Of a stretch of 64,000 bases of DNA, positions 36,760-49,749 are shown piece after piece. Origin of the DNA: Felis catus (taxonomy: Eukaryota); contig NC_058368.1 in NCBI RefSeq assembly GCF_018350175.1, positions 217,994,001 to 218,058,000 on the forward strand, read 5' to 3'. A program made the translations under genes and the position numbers. Position 1 is the first letter of the stretch. Each line of letters begins with the position of its first letter. Below the pieces are notes generated by a model. That model saw nothing but the letters and a program-made list of their open reading frames with translations, had not been told where the DNA came from and did no database searches.

Positions 36760-37574
36760 CTACATGTTATTCAGACATATGCATTTTAATTACATTTGTA
36801 CGCAGTGTGAGGTGGCTTTGCATTTTAGAAAATAAAACTTCTGTCAGAAATTCCTATTTCTCAATAATATTTAGTCCTGAGCACTACCCATGCCAACTCT
36901 ATAGGAATCTTGGGGACATAAAGTTGGAAGCTCTGTGTTTGTAGTTAGATCTCCAGGTTAATAAAATAATATTCTAGATTTGTCCAGAACTACTACTCCT
37001 TCATGAAACCACATACTGAGTGTAGGAAAGTATTTCTTCCACACTAATTTTTATCTAGTGGTTCACTCAGATAAAAATACCTTCTGCATAATAAATATCA
37101 TCCCAATATTAATAATCAACACTAGGTAGAAAATAGAAAGGTCAAAGGTCAAAAGAAACTCCATAATTGACAGTATTTCTCCTCAGTCAAAAGACATCTG
37201 GGGACATTAGTCAGTAGGACAAGCCTCAGAATAAATTAGTGGATTAACAAGGGATATGGTTATTCAGGGAATTGCATGAGATGATAATAAAATACCTGGG
37301 AGTTTTAATGATTACACTTTCCCCAAGGAAAACTTCTGCTGAACAATCATTAAAAGTATTCCCTAGCATCTCTTACATTTTTTAATAGTTCCTCCCAATG
37401 ATTCAAATGTGAATAATCACATTTCTGAAAAGGCATGCAATGATACCTGTAAGAGAGACTATATGAGTAGTTATGCCTGGGAAGATACAGGTAGCATTTG
37501 AAGATTCCTTCAAGGAGCAACTGTTTTTGAATGAAAACAGTGATAAGTCCCCTTATATTCTAATATTGGTTAAA

Positions 37575-37770
37575 TCTAACATTTAATGAATGCATATTAT
37601 GCTCTAGACATTCTCTTAAGAGCTATCTTGTTTAATTTTTATAATAACACTCTTTTATCCTATTCGTAACTCACAAAAAGGAAACTGAGGCTCAGTGGAG
37701 TGGAAGGCATTGTATGGGTTTTCATAGGCTGAGCCAAGGTGTAATTAATTGTCTCCAAACTCTAGGTATG
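37575..37770. mobile_element. MIR fragment
   Basis: GGAAACTGAGGCTCAGTGGAG core. Confidence 0.6.
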
Positions 37771-38779
37771 TTTCATTGTGCTGATCCCTAGAATGCCAAG
37801 GCATTTTTCCACTTAGAGAAAAGATAAAACGTTTATACCCACAAGATGGTATCTCTGTTCTACGCTGTGCATAATAACTAATAAAACTGCTTACATTTTA
37901 AATTATTCTTTGTCACAATGTTACCACTTAACCTGAGAAGCACACACTCATTTACATTCCAAGGGCATTTTGCGATTTGAATTAAACATAAGTGTACACA
38001 AGAAAGGCATACCATGATGTTTTCCAGGAAGTTGGATTCTAAGCACTTATTAACTAATATATTTTCTTGGCAGATAAGTGGTAAACTGAAATGCATTGTG
38101 CTGTCAGTGGAAAGAAGCTGAACGGATGGCTATTCTGCATCCTAGTCTCCGCTGCAGTCGTAACTTGTCACACAACCTTGGACAAGTTGTCATTTCATGT
38201 TTCTGAGTCATATTTCTTACTTTCATCACGAGTGAGGTGACTAGATAATCTGTAGAGTTATTTCAAGCTTTAAAATAATTTTTAAAAAGTAAACTTAATG
38301 ATAGAATCCTTCCTACAAAGATCACAATCCCCCTAGTGTCCCCATTTCAGTTCATCAACCCACTTGGACAGTTGGACAGTATCAAGGCAGGAAACATTTT
38401 CATTTCATTCCTTTATCTGGTCTCCAATGGAATAATAGGACAGTAGCACAAATAAGGTTCTTACCACATGGGCACAGTCAGACTGTTCTCCCATAAAGCC
38501 TTCCTGTTGCATTGATATTCTACATTTTTCATAACAGATATGTGACTATAGTGAATTTTGCTAGCATTCTAATGACCTGCCATATATGATGGGGACATTC
38601 TGAGCTTGGGTGCCAACTGCTCAAGAGCTAAACATTAGATCAGCCACCTACTTAGTAACGTTGTATATCAGCACCTCTATCTTCATAGTGCTTTATAGAA
38701 CCTGACGGAGGTGAAGCTACCCAGGTATCTAGGAAGGGGGTTGAATTTGTGGCTCTTTATTTCCTAACTTGATGTATTT

Positions 38780-39440
38780 AAACTTACAGAAAGTTCTTTC
38801 TTTCCTACTTCCAAAATCTGGCCTATATTGGATCACTTCCCTTGATATCCACAACTGTCACTCCAGTCAAAGGCTACCTCATCATGAATATGTGTGTGAA
38901 CTGCCCCTTGATAACATATTTGACCTGATAGGATCCATTTTTACATAACGCAAAAAAGTTGATACCGACTCATCCTTTCTGCCTCAGACCATCCAGAAAC
39001 CCCCACTACAGTGCAAAATCTGCCTTTAACACCATCTGTTTTCCTCATTCTGAATACAACACATTAGCTTCTTCGTGACCCCTAAGGTAAACCAGTTCTC
39101 ACCTGTGTTTCCTGTCTCTACTCATTCTCTTTAACCCACATTTTGCATGGTTATTCCCTGTCATCATTCATGTTTCAGCTCTCAGAAAATCCTTCCTGAA
39201 CATCTCTTTAAATCTCTCCAACACCCCCCTCCCTAATCATCACCATGTTTTATTATTTTTTTTTTAATTTTACTTATCATTATACTATATATTACTTATT
39301 TTTTTAACATTAGTATGTTTTCTTTTCATTAGGTTGGATGCTCCATAATGATGTAAGACTGTCTTGTTTAATTATGAACTCCTAGCAAATTTATTATAAT
39401 ATGTATTGGATTATAGCATAAAAGGTTGAGAGGGCACGAG
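38780..39440 (+). mobile_element. L2 fragment
   Basis: CCTACTTCCAAAATCTGGCC...CCACAACTGTCACTCCAGTCAAAGGCTACCTCATC...TCAGAAAATCCTTCCTGA. Confidence 0.55.
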
Positions 39441-41294
39441 TTTGATATTGAATGAGTAGAGGAACAGAGAAGACAGTAACGTACATACAGGCAGAGATAC
39501 CTGAGACACTTTAGACAACTATTTTTTTCTTGATTAATGTGCTTCACATTCACATGTAATGTATGCCTGATGTGAATTCTACGATCCCTATGATCCCTTC
39601 ACACTATAATAATACATCTCTACATGTATCCATATGTAACTAAAAATACTACCTTTGGAAGAAAAATATCAAATTTAAAATGATTTTAAAAAGTACAAAA
39701 CAAAGAATGTTGAGCTTTCCTCTAAAACTATTCTTCTTTTAAAAAATAAATAAAGAGGCAAAAGATTCTCATAACCTCAAAATGCTATAATTGGTTCTGT
39801 GCTTAGATAAAAATACTCAGATACTTAGATCTGGTTTTACTTTCTTATTACACAAAAAGTTTTAGATGAGGAAGTCTGGCTTGCCATGTTTTACACATCA
39901 CAGTAGTTTACTCGCTGATACAAGTTGACTTGGACTTTTCGTAACCTTATTTCTTGCTATAAAATAAAATATTGGAACTTAGCTTGTGAGTTGCAAAAAT
40001 TCTTTACAAGTGCTCCCTCAAGAGAATGAGTTCTCAATAGAGTGTTGTTTTGAAAAGATGAATAGTATTGCTAGGACATAGAAACCTTTACTGAGATATG
40101 TTTTTGTTTTGTTGTATTGTAGTGTTATGTTCTTTTTTTTCTCCAAGTATTATTTGGAATATTAGTCCAAAACGATTCTAAAAGTTAGTTGAAATAAACA
40201 CAGAATGAAGAATTGCAAACTAACAAATGATAAAGTTTCAAAGACGGAAACTAAAAGTAGTCAAGGGGGAAATATTAACTAAAATTGCTAGAAGAAAAGA
40301 AATTGTTCAAAGAAATGTCACTTTAAGATACCAGAATAAAATGGAAGATAGATGGGTTTCAATTTAATGACTGCTTGGTAGCATATATGAAATTGATTGA
40401 TTTTCCCAATCTAACTTTTAACAGAAATTCATCTATATTCCAAGATAAGTCTAAAATTTGAGTTAAAGAAAACTTTACATAATAAAGACTTCACATGATG
40501 TTTTCCACTGAGCAGATTATAAAAACTTCTTAGAAAATGTTTGAAAAGACTAGAAGAAAATTATTGTTTTTTACTTGTTAACTTTTATTGTTTTAGCTCT
40601 AGATTAAACTTTATAAATCAAAACCTGTTAATGAAGTTAATTAATAATTAAACCTATTAATGAAATTGTGTCTGTCTCCAATATGTTTAAGTTTTTTGAC
40701 TCATTTTAGGGTTGCAATAATTTAAGCCACTAGTAAAGATGTCATTCAACACAAGAGAAATCTGAATTTAATCCATTGTATTTTATTTTCTTAATGTTCT
40801 TAGTAGTGGTATAATTGTGCAGTCCATGGTTTCAGGAAACTGGATAGGAGACATCAAAATTTAAAGTACTGATATGATAATCTTTGGGAGAAATTATGAA
40901 AAAATATACTTAGGAATAGCTTACTTTCTTGACCAGTTTCACAACTTTTCCATTACTAATCACTTTTAACATTTTCTCCCATAGCTTCCACATATTATAA
41001 GGTCTTGTCTACCAAACACATCAAATTTATCAATACAATGTTTTTGGTTTGCTTTAAAATTTGTCTAAGCCATGTGTCTCAAATGTTAACATAAAGAATC
41101 AGTGTTCTTATATGAAGATAACATTTTAAGGAAAAGAAAAGACACGTTTTAAATTTATGTGAATGACCTTATTTTTATGAATACTATACAATTTCATTTT
41201 AGCATTTGTGAAAAAAAATTGGGATACAGTGGGTTATCTAAGAAGCTTATAAAACTAATGTTTGTGAAGTTTTTTTCATTATAAGGATATCAAT

Positions 41295-41438
41295 GACATT
41301 GGATTTAGGACAATACTTATCCAATATGACCTCATCTTAATTAATTACATCTGTAAAAGACCCTATTTCCAAACAAGGACACCTTCTGAGGTCCTGGTTG
41401 GACATGAATTTGGGGGCACACTATTCAACCCACAGCAC
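41295..41438 (-). mobile_element. MLT1 LTR fragment
   Basis: ATGACCTCATCTTAATTAATTACATCTGTAAAAGACCCTATTTCCAAACAAGG...CACTATTCAACCCACAGCA. Confidence 0.8.
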
Positions 41439-41444
41439 ATGCCC

Positions 41445-41935
41445 TGAGGGAAAAATCCACCCAAATTGCACTAAATCCAACAATTTTATAGGCAAGTTCT
41501 AACAATCTTTCATGAAACATATATTTTCTTATTTCTCACCAAGAGTCTAGAGTAGGAAGTCTACCCAACTTATATGAGACCCAAGTGATGTTTTTACCAA
41601 ACTGAACAAAACACCACTGCAAAGGAAAGGCATAGGCCAATCTCAATTATGAACATAATCCCTTCTATATCTTTCTTTTAAATATTAGGTCAAATATACA
41701 AACAATGCATTGAATACATGACCATCAATATCAAGGAAAGTTTATCATGAAAGGGGGATTCCATGTAAAAACAAACATTTAAAAAAAATAAATAAAAAAA
41801 CAAACATTTTGACAGATTAAAGGAGATAAAACATATGCTTCTCTTAGTTGAATCAAAAAATGCTAATAATAAAAATGTATCATCTACTCATAAGTTATTT
41901 AGCAAACTATAGAAGAGAAATTCCTCAGTATGATG
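41445..41935 (+). mobile_element. Ancient L1M ORF2 fragment
   Basis: ATAGGCCAATCTCAATTATGAACATA (cf. YRPISLMNI) in degenerate L1 context. Confidence 0.6.
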
Positions 41936-44900
41936 CTGTGTGTATCTAGTCAGCATCAATTTATTTTCTTTTAATTTTAAAGATACACTTAAGCCGGTGA
42001 CTAAATGTTTTGTGTTTAGAATAAGAAAATGTATAATTGTTATCAATGTAATCAATGTAAGTTTATGTTTAGTAAGTCATCAATCAACAGCAGAGATGTT
42101 CTATGTTTGATTCAACTAAATTCCCTCTAACAGGCATCGTTGCAAACACTGTGACTACAGGAAATTTGGAATTAAACAGTGAAGTTAATTTTACCCTTAC
42201 AGGTAATGGCTGTTTTCCATGGAATCTTTCCACACATTTTTTTTTGTACCTAACTGCAGAATATAACATGAAAGCTTTATTATTATTATTTTTTATTGGA
42301 ATAAATGGCTTAAAGGCAATTTCATGGCCATGATTACAGAACATATATAGATTCAATTCCAAAAATTAATCTCACTTGAAGTTATCCTTATGTAATCATC
42401 CTTTTAACCTTCTCTCTTACTTGTGCAACCAAGCATAATAATTACTCTGACACTTTTTATGTTCACAGTATTATGTAAACATTTTTTCCTCCCAACTTTG
42501 CCATCACATGCAAAAGAAATTTGTGACCTGTGGTTTCTTTTCCTTTTAACCAAGAATGAGTCAGGACATTTGGGTCTGACATTTTTCTAATTCTATATCC
42601 ATATTCCAGTGTTTCCTTTAAATGAATTTGCCTCACAACTGAATGTTTTGAGTAGAAACATTCTCTTGGTTATTTCCACCTTATTTCCTAATACATATAA
42701 TATTTCTATCACTGAATACTTTTGCCTTTCATTAGTAGTGTAGTCTAGGTAGCGTTTTACCACCATTTTTTGCCACATGTAAGCCAGAGATAGACGATAC
42801 CATGCAATATAGATTTTAATTTCCTTTATGATTTATCATTCCAAACATAGAATCTTGCTCCTTAATCTGGTATGACATTGCCCTTCCCTTTCCAACAAAA
42901 TGAGTAAAATCTTGGATAATTTATGAATTATCAGGAATGTATGTTCAATGGTCTTTAACAAAGAGAGTGTATACTCCTTCATTATTCAGCTGAGTCATAC
43001 CAAGAGAAAAATGAAGCATTACTAACCACATTTATATTGTAGTTATGTATGAGAGATTTATTAATTCTAAATTTATGTGAATTGTTGTTGTTTCTTTCCC
43101 CCAAAGTGATCACACAACCCATACATTGGGATCGCCAATATTTTTTTTAAATTCCATCAGCCACAAAATTTCGTGATAGCCATGAACAAGCATATATCCT
43201 AGAAAACAAATTCCCTTATGAGTGGCTGTCCCTTCTTTCTTGGAGCACATGAACTTGGGTTTGTTTACCGAGAGGGAAAGGGCTTACTCTTATTAAAGTG
43301 GCTCTATCATGAAGATATGAACATAGCCTAGAAGAAAAGCTTAGGTATGAACACAGAAGAAAATGCCTTTCCCCTTATTTGTGGCAAAGATAATACATAC
43401 AAACATAGAAAAATAATCTCTCTCTCCTTATTTGTGGCAAAGATAACTGTTCTGGGCAGGTTAAACCTTGCACCATACACATGGAAATCAATATACAATA
43501 ACTGGAAGCACATGAGGGACAATTGGACAGCAACCCAATAACACAAGATATCAATTTGATACCAAAAATCTTGAACAAAATAGTATGAAATGTGATCTAC
43601 AGAATTGTTTGATAGGAAACTACTTGTTTGACACATTGTGTAATGCATTCCACAAATGACACATCTTCAAAAATACTAATTTTCCCAACATGTGGATTGT
43701 TCAATCTATTCTGGGAAATAAAGAAGAAAGCAAAATTTTAAAAATGTCTAATAATTAGGAACAAGTAAAAAATAACACCTCTATCTTTCAGGATATAATT
43801 AAGACAGAAATAGTCACTGTGAAAAAAAATAAAAGTAAATTATATGGAAACACATGGATAACTTCTTTGAAGTTTTCAGCATATGGGGAAAAATACAGAG
43901 AAATATCTAGTTGAAACATCCTCTTCAGACTTTAATAGTCCATCAAAATGATTCTTATAAGAATCTCCTTAGGGCTGAGAAAATTCCCCTAGTCTGATGA
44001 GGGAAGACAATTCCCAATTCAAGCACCCACTATCTTGAAATGCCTATAGTCATGCATCTGTTTTTAATAAGCTATTTCTGTCAATATTGGGGTTTCCAAA
44101 TACCAGCTAATTAGATATTCTATAGGGAGACTTTCACAGACTTTAGATTAAAATGTATTCACTCAAAGGAGGAAGAGTTAAGATGGCAGAACAGCATGGA
44201 GACCCTGAGCTTTTCTCATCCCTGAAACACAGCTAGATCAGCACGAAACCATTTTGAACATTTAGGAAATTGGTCTGAGGCTTACCAAGACAATCTGCAT
44301 AACTTGAGCCACAGAACTTGGCATGTACGCGGTATGGAGAGGGGAACTGGGGGGAGAGAAAAACTGAGGGAAAGGGTAGGGAGCTGTTTTGGTGGAGAGA
44401 CGACAGAGAAAGAGAAAGGGGGAGAATGCAGCACATTGGGATTGTTCAAGAAAAGCACTCCCCTGAAAGTATCTGGAGAGAAAGAAACAGTGAAAACACA
44501 GGGACTCAACAAGAAAACTTTTCCCCAAAACCATTGACGGGAAGAAAGGAGAGGGTTTCAATAACACCAGGATTCTATAAACACTGGAACAGGGAGTCTG
44601 AGGTTCTGGAGCTCAGTGCCTGGCAGTGCCCTGGTGAAGAAGTAGGGCAAATCCCTAGCAGCAGGCAGCAGGGTCTGAGGGGTCCATGTGCCACATGGGG
44701 AGAAGCAGTTCTCCTGCTTGGAGTACCTTTGGTAGAGGCCATACGGCTTCCCCTCAGGCAAAGGTCCCAGATGACCCTGGAGAGCAGCTACGTATGCTGG
44801 TATTGGCACAAAGATGCCAGAGTATGGTAAAACCTGGGGCTGGCTGTGTGTTGTGATTTAGCATAATCTCTGAACTTCTGCCGTTGTGCAATTGCTCCAC

Positions 44901-47358
44901 GTTTTCTGGAGCAAGCTGGTACCCACCTATTGTTCAGTGAGACCCTCACCCGGAGAGCATAGGTCCAAGCCTCTGGGGTCTCTGAAATGTAGGGTTTTGA
45001 AACACAAGTTCATTGAGATAAAACTCTCCATCCCCTTACTTTCAATCTGAAGGTGTCTTAAGTCTAAAATGAGTCTCTTATAAGCAGCATATAGATGATC
45101 TTGGTTTTTTTAATTTTTTTTTCCATTCTGATATCCTGTGTCTTTGATTGGAGTTTTTAGCCCGTTAACATTTAGAGTGAGTACTGAAAGATATAAATTT
45201 AGTGCCACTGTGGTGCTTGTAGAGTTGGTGTTTCTGGTGATGTTGTCTGGTCCTTTCTAATCTTTTTTGCTTTGGGTCCTTTTTGCTTTGTTATCTTTTC
45301 CCCATTCAAAGAGTTTCCTTTTAAGTTTCTTGCAGGGCTGGTTTAGTGGTCATGAACTCCTTTAGTTTTGGTTTGTCTGGGAAACTCTTTAGCTCTCCTA
45401 TTTTGAAAGATCTCAAATACACAACCTAATTTTACACCTGAAAAGCAAGAAAAAGAAAAGCAAATAAATCCCAAAATCAGCAGAGGAAGGGAAATAATAA
45501 AGATTAGAGCAGAAACCAATGATATCAAAATCAAAAAACAGATATCAACTTCAATAAAACCAGGAGCTGGTTCTTTGAAAGAATTAACCAAACTGATAAA
45601 CCCCTACCCAGACTGATCAAAAAGAAAAAGGAGAGGACCCAAATAAATAAAATCAAGAATGAAAGAGGAGAGATCACAACCAACACTGCAGAAATGCAAA
45701 CAATAATAAAAGAATATTATGAGCAATCATATGCCAACAAATTGGTCAATCAGGGAGAAATGGAAAAATTCCTAAAAACATGTAAACTAATAAAACTGAA
45801 ACAGGAAGATACAGAAAAAATGAACAGACTCATAACCAGTAATGAAATTGAATCAGTAATCAAAAATAACCCAACAAACAAGAATCCAGGGCCGATGGCT
45901 TTCCAGGGGAATTCTACCAAGCATTTAAAGAAGAGTTAATACTTATTCTTTAAAAGCTGTTCCAAAAATATAAGTGGAAGGAAAACTTCCAAACTCTTTC
46001 TATGAGGCCAACATTACCTTGATTCCAAAACCAGAGGAAGACTCCAGTAAAAAGAACTACAGACCAATTTCCTTGATGAACATGGGGCAAAAATTCTCAA
46101 CAAGATACTAGCAAACTGGATCCAATAATATATTAAAAGAATTATTCACCATGATCAAGTGGGATTTATTCCTGGGATACAGGGCTGGTTCAGTATCTGC
46201 GAATCAATCAATGCGATACATCATATTAATAAAAGAAAGGATAAGAACCACATGATCTTCTCCACAGATGTAGAGAAAACATTTGACAAAACACAGCATC
46301 CTTTCTTGATAAAAACTCTCAAGAAATTAGGGATAGAAGGATCATACCTCAGGATCGTAAAAACCATATGTAAAAGATCCACCACTAATATCATCCTCAT
46401 GTGGAAAAACTAAGAGTTTTCCCCTTTAGGTCAGGAACACAACAGGGATGTCCACTCTTGCCAGTTATTCAACACTGTATTGAAAGTTCTAGCCTCAGCA
46501 ATTAGCCAATACAAAGAAATAAATGGCATCCAAATTGGTGAGTATGAAGTCAAACTTTCACATTATACTCTAAATGGAAAATCCAAAAGATTCCACCAAA
46601 AAACTGCTAGAACTGATCCATAAATTCAGCAAAGTTCCAGGATATAACACCAATGCACAGAAATTTATTGCATTTCTATACACCAATAATTAAGTTGCAC
46701 AAAGAGAAATCAAGGAATCAATCCCATTTACAATTGCAGCATAAAATACCTAAGAATAAACCTAACCAAAAAGGTGGAAAATCTATACACTGAAAACTAT
46801 AGAAAGCTAATGAAAGAAACTGAAGAAATACACCAAAAAAATGGAGAAATATTCTTTGCTCATGGATTGGAAGAAAAATATTGTTAAAATGTCGATGCTA
46901 CCCAAAGCAATCTACATATTCAATGCAATCCCTATCAAAATAACACCAGCATTCTTCACAGAGCTAGAACAATCCTAAAATTTGAATTGAACCATAATAG
47001 ACCCCGAATAGCCAAAGCAATCCTGAAAAAGTAAACCAAAGCTGGAAGCATCACAATTCCGGACTTCAAGCTGTATTTGGAAGCTGTAGTATCAAGACAG
47101 TATGATACTGGCACAAAAACAGACACATAGATCAATGAAACAGAGTAGAGAACCCAGAAATTGACCCACAAACATATGGCCAACTAAGCTTTGACAAAGT
47201 GGGAAAGAATATCCGATGGAAAAAGAGAGAGTCTCTTCAGCAAATGGTGTTGGGAGAACTGGACAGCGACATGCAGAAAAATGAGCCTAGATGATTTTCT
47301 TACACCATACACAAAAATAAACTCAAAATGGATGAAAGATCTAAATGTAAGACATGGA

Positions 47359-47581
47359 GGGGCGCCTGGGTGGCGCAGTCGGTTAAGCGTCCGACTTCAG
47401 CCAGGTCACGATCTCGCGGTCTGTGAGTTCGAGCCCCGCGTCAGGCTCTGGGCTGATGGCTCGGAGCCTGGAGCCTGTTTCCGATGTTGTGTCTCCCTCT
47501 CTCTCTGCCCCTCCCCCGTTCATGCTCTGTCTCTCTCTGTCCCAAAAATAAATAAACGTTGAAAAAAAATTTAAAAAAAAA
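47359..47581 (+). mobile_element. Young felid Can-SINE inserted in L1 ORF2
   Basis: Perfect TSD TAAATGTAAGACATGGAG at 47342-47359 and 47582-47599. Confidence 0.98.
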
Positions 47582-48369
47582 TAAATGTAAGACATGGAGC
47601 CATCAAAATCCTAGAGGACAAAACAAGCAACAACCTCTTTGACGTTGGCCACAGCAACTTCTTACTTGACATGTCTTAGGAGGCAAAGGAAACAAAAGCA
47701 AAAATGAACTACTGGGACCTCATCAAGATAAAATGCTTCTCCATGGTGAAGGAAACAACCAACAAAACTAAAAGGCAACTGACAGGATGGGAGAAAATAT
47801 TTACAAATGACATATCAGATAAAGGGTTAGTATCCAATATCCATAAAGAATTTAACAAATTCAACACCCAAAAAACAAATAACCCAATGAAGAAATGGGC
47901 AAAAGACATGAATAGACACTTTTGTAAAGAAGAAATCCATATGGCTAACAGACACACGAAAAAATGCTCAACATGACTCATCATCAGGGAGATACAAATC
48001 AAAAGCACAATGAGATACCACCTCACACCTGTCAGAATGACTAAAATTAACAACTGAGGCAATGACAGATGTTGGTGAGGATGCAGAGAGAGAGGATCTC
48101 GCTCTCCCTCTCTCTCTTCTCTCTCTCTCTCTCCCTCTTGAAACTGGTGCAGCCACTCCGGAAAACAGTATGGGGGTTCCTCAAAAAATTAAACATAGAA
48201 CTACTCTATGACCCAGCAATTGCACTACTAGGTATTTATCCAAAGGATATAGGTGTGCTTTTTCAAAGGGGCACATGGATCTCAATGTTTATAGCAGCAC
48301 TATCAACAATAGCCAAAGTATAGAAAGAGCCCAAATGTCCATCAACTGATGAATGGATAAAGAAGAGGC

Positions 48370-48430
<61 letters not shown>
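48370..48430 (+). repeat. (TA)n(CA)n compound microsatellite inside the L1
   Basis: Directly visible. Confidence 0.95.
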
Positions 48431-48431
<1 letters not shown>

Positions 48432-48874
48432 GAAATATTACTCAGCAATCAAAAAGAATGAAATATTGCCATTTACAATAATGTGGCTGGAACTACAGGG
48501 TATTATGCTAAGTGAAATAAGTCAGTCAGAGAAAGACAAATATCATATGATTTTATTCATATGGAATTTAAGATACAAGACAGATGAACATAAGGGAAGG
48601 AGAGCAAAAGTAATATAAAAACAGAGAGGGAGACAAACTATAAGAGACTCTTAAATACAGAAAACAAACTGAAGGTTGCTGGTAGGGTGTTGGATTGGGA
48701 AACTGCTAAAGGGGAGAGAGGCATTAAGGAGAATACTTGTTGGGATGAGCACTGGATGTTATATGTAAGTGATGAATCACTAAATCCTATTGCTGAAATA
48801 ATTATTACACTATGTGTTAACTAACTTGGATCCAAATTAAAAACAAAAACAAAAACAAAAACAAAAATATCTGT

Positions 48875-49075
48875 AAACAAACTGATGGTTACCAGAGGCT
48901 AGGTGGGTGGGGGGATCAGTGAAATAGCTAATGGGAATTAAAGAGTTTACTTACCATGATAAGCACTGAGTATTGTATAAAATTGTTGAATCAGTACACT
49001 GTATGTCTGAAACCAATATAACACTGAATGTTAACTATACTGGAATTAAAATTTTAAAAAAATGTTTAAAAATGT
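48875..49075 (+). mobile_element. Second, older-type L1 3' terminus directly behind the first
   Basis: AACAAACTGATGGTTACCAGAGG...GATAAGCACTGAGTATTGTAT...CTGAAACCAATATAACACTGAATGTTAACTATACTGGAATTAAAA. Confidence 0.88.
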
Positions 49076-49536
49076 CAGTTAAAGAAAATGTATTCAAATA
49101 ATCAGGTTTCTATAAAATAAAATAAATGTATTTATAGTAGAAATCAGATGCTGATGTCATACACATACACTTCCTAATGTTAACCTTACAAAATAGAATA
49201 CATTTTATTCTTTATTTTATTTACAAAAGCCTAGACTTTTTTGCCTAGTCAAAAAAGTATATAACAGACTCTAAGAGTTGGGGTGGATATCTTTCCAGAT
49301 GGCTTCTCTCAGCCAAGGACAATTCCTTGTATAAGCTTACAAACTTAAGCCATTACCTGCACCTTGCAGATGGTTACAACTTTAGGTAAAGGGAATGTAG
49401 GTAGTACATCAGGAATATTCACTAGAATCATCTAACTGAAGCCAACTGATAGGTATATAGCCTATAAAAACCTTCACTAATTTATGTCAGCATTCAGTTT
49501 TTTATGGAGCATTAATATAACATTTTTTACACCCTT

Positions 49537-49749
49537 TTTAAACTTTGTTTAAAGTTTATTTATTTTGAGAGAGAGACAGAGAGAGTGAGCAGGAGAGAAG
49601 CAAGGGAGGGAGGGACAGAGAATCCCAAGCAGGCTTTACACTGTCAGTGTAGACCCCAACCTGGGGCTCGAACACACCGACTGTGAGATCATGACCTAAG
49701 CTGAAATCAAGAGTCCAACACTTCACCGACTGAGCCACTCAGGCGCTCC
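49537..49749 (-). mobile_element. Can-SINE (older)
   Basis: GAATCCCAAGCAGGCTTTACACTGTCAG...CTGAGCCACTCAGGCGCTCC. Confidence 0.93.

Larger units (their letters stand above)
44168..48867 (+). mobile_element. Carnivore LINE-1, rearranged: 5'UTR (44168-45026, +), inverted ORF1/ORF2 junction (45027-45407, -), ORF2 remainder and 3'UTR (45405-48867, +)
   Basis: Starts GGAGGAAGAGTTAAGATGGCAGAACAGCATGGAGACCCTG; ORF2 peptides [12 protein letters not shown]...[42 protein letters not shown]; carnivore 3'UTR and (CAAAAA)n tail; multiple stops. Confidence 0.95.

Noticed and set aside
42084..42362. Overlapping opposite-strand ORFs in unique sequence
   Set aside because: No recognisable protein or convincing splice-site pair; may be conserved non-coding DNA, which cannot be judged without alignments.
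43373..43446. CRISPR-like repeat-spacer-repeat
   Set aside because: Only two repeats, mammalian context and no cas genes; better explained as a duplication-flanked insert.
44318..44830. 170-aa plus-strand ORF, the longest in the window
   Set aside because: Lies in the L1 5'UTR with no recognisable domain; overlapping ORFs in several frames reflect higher GC content.
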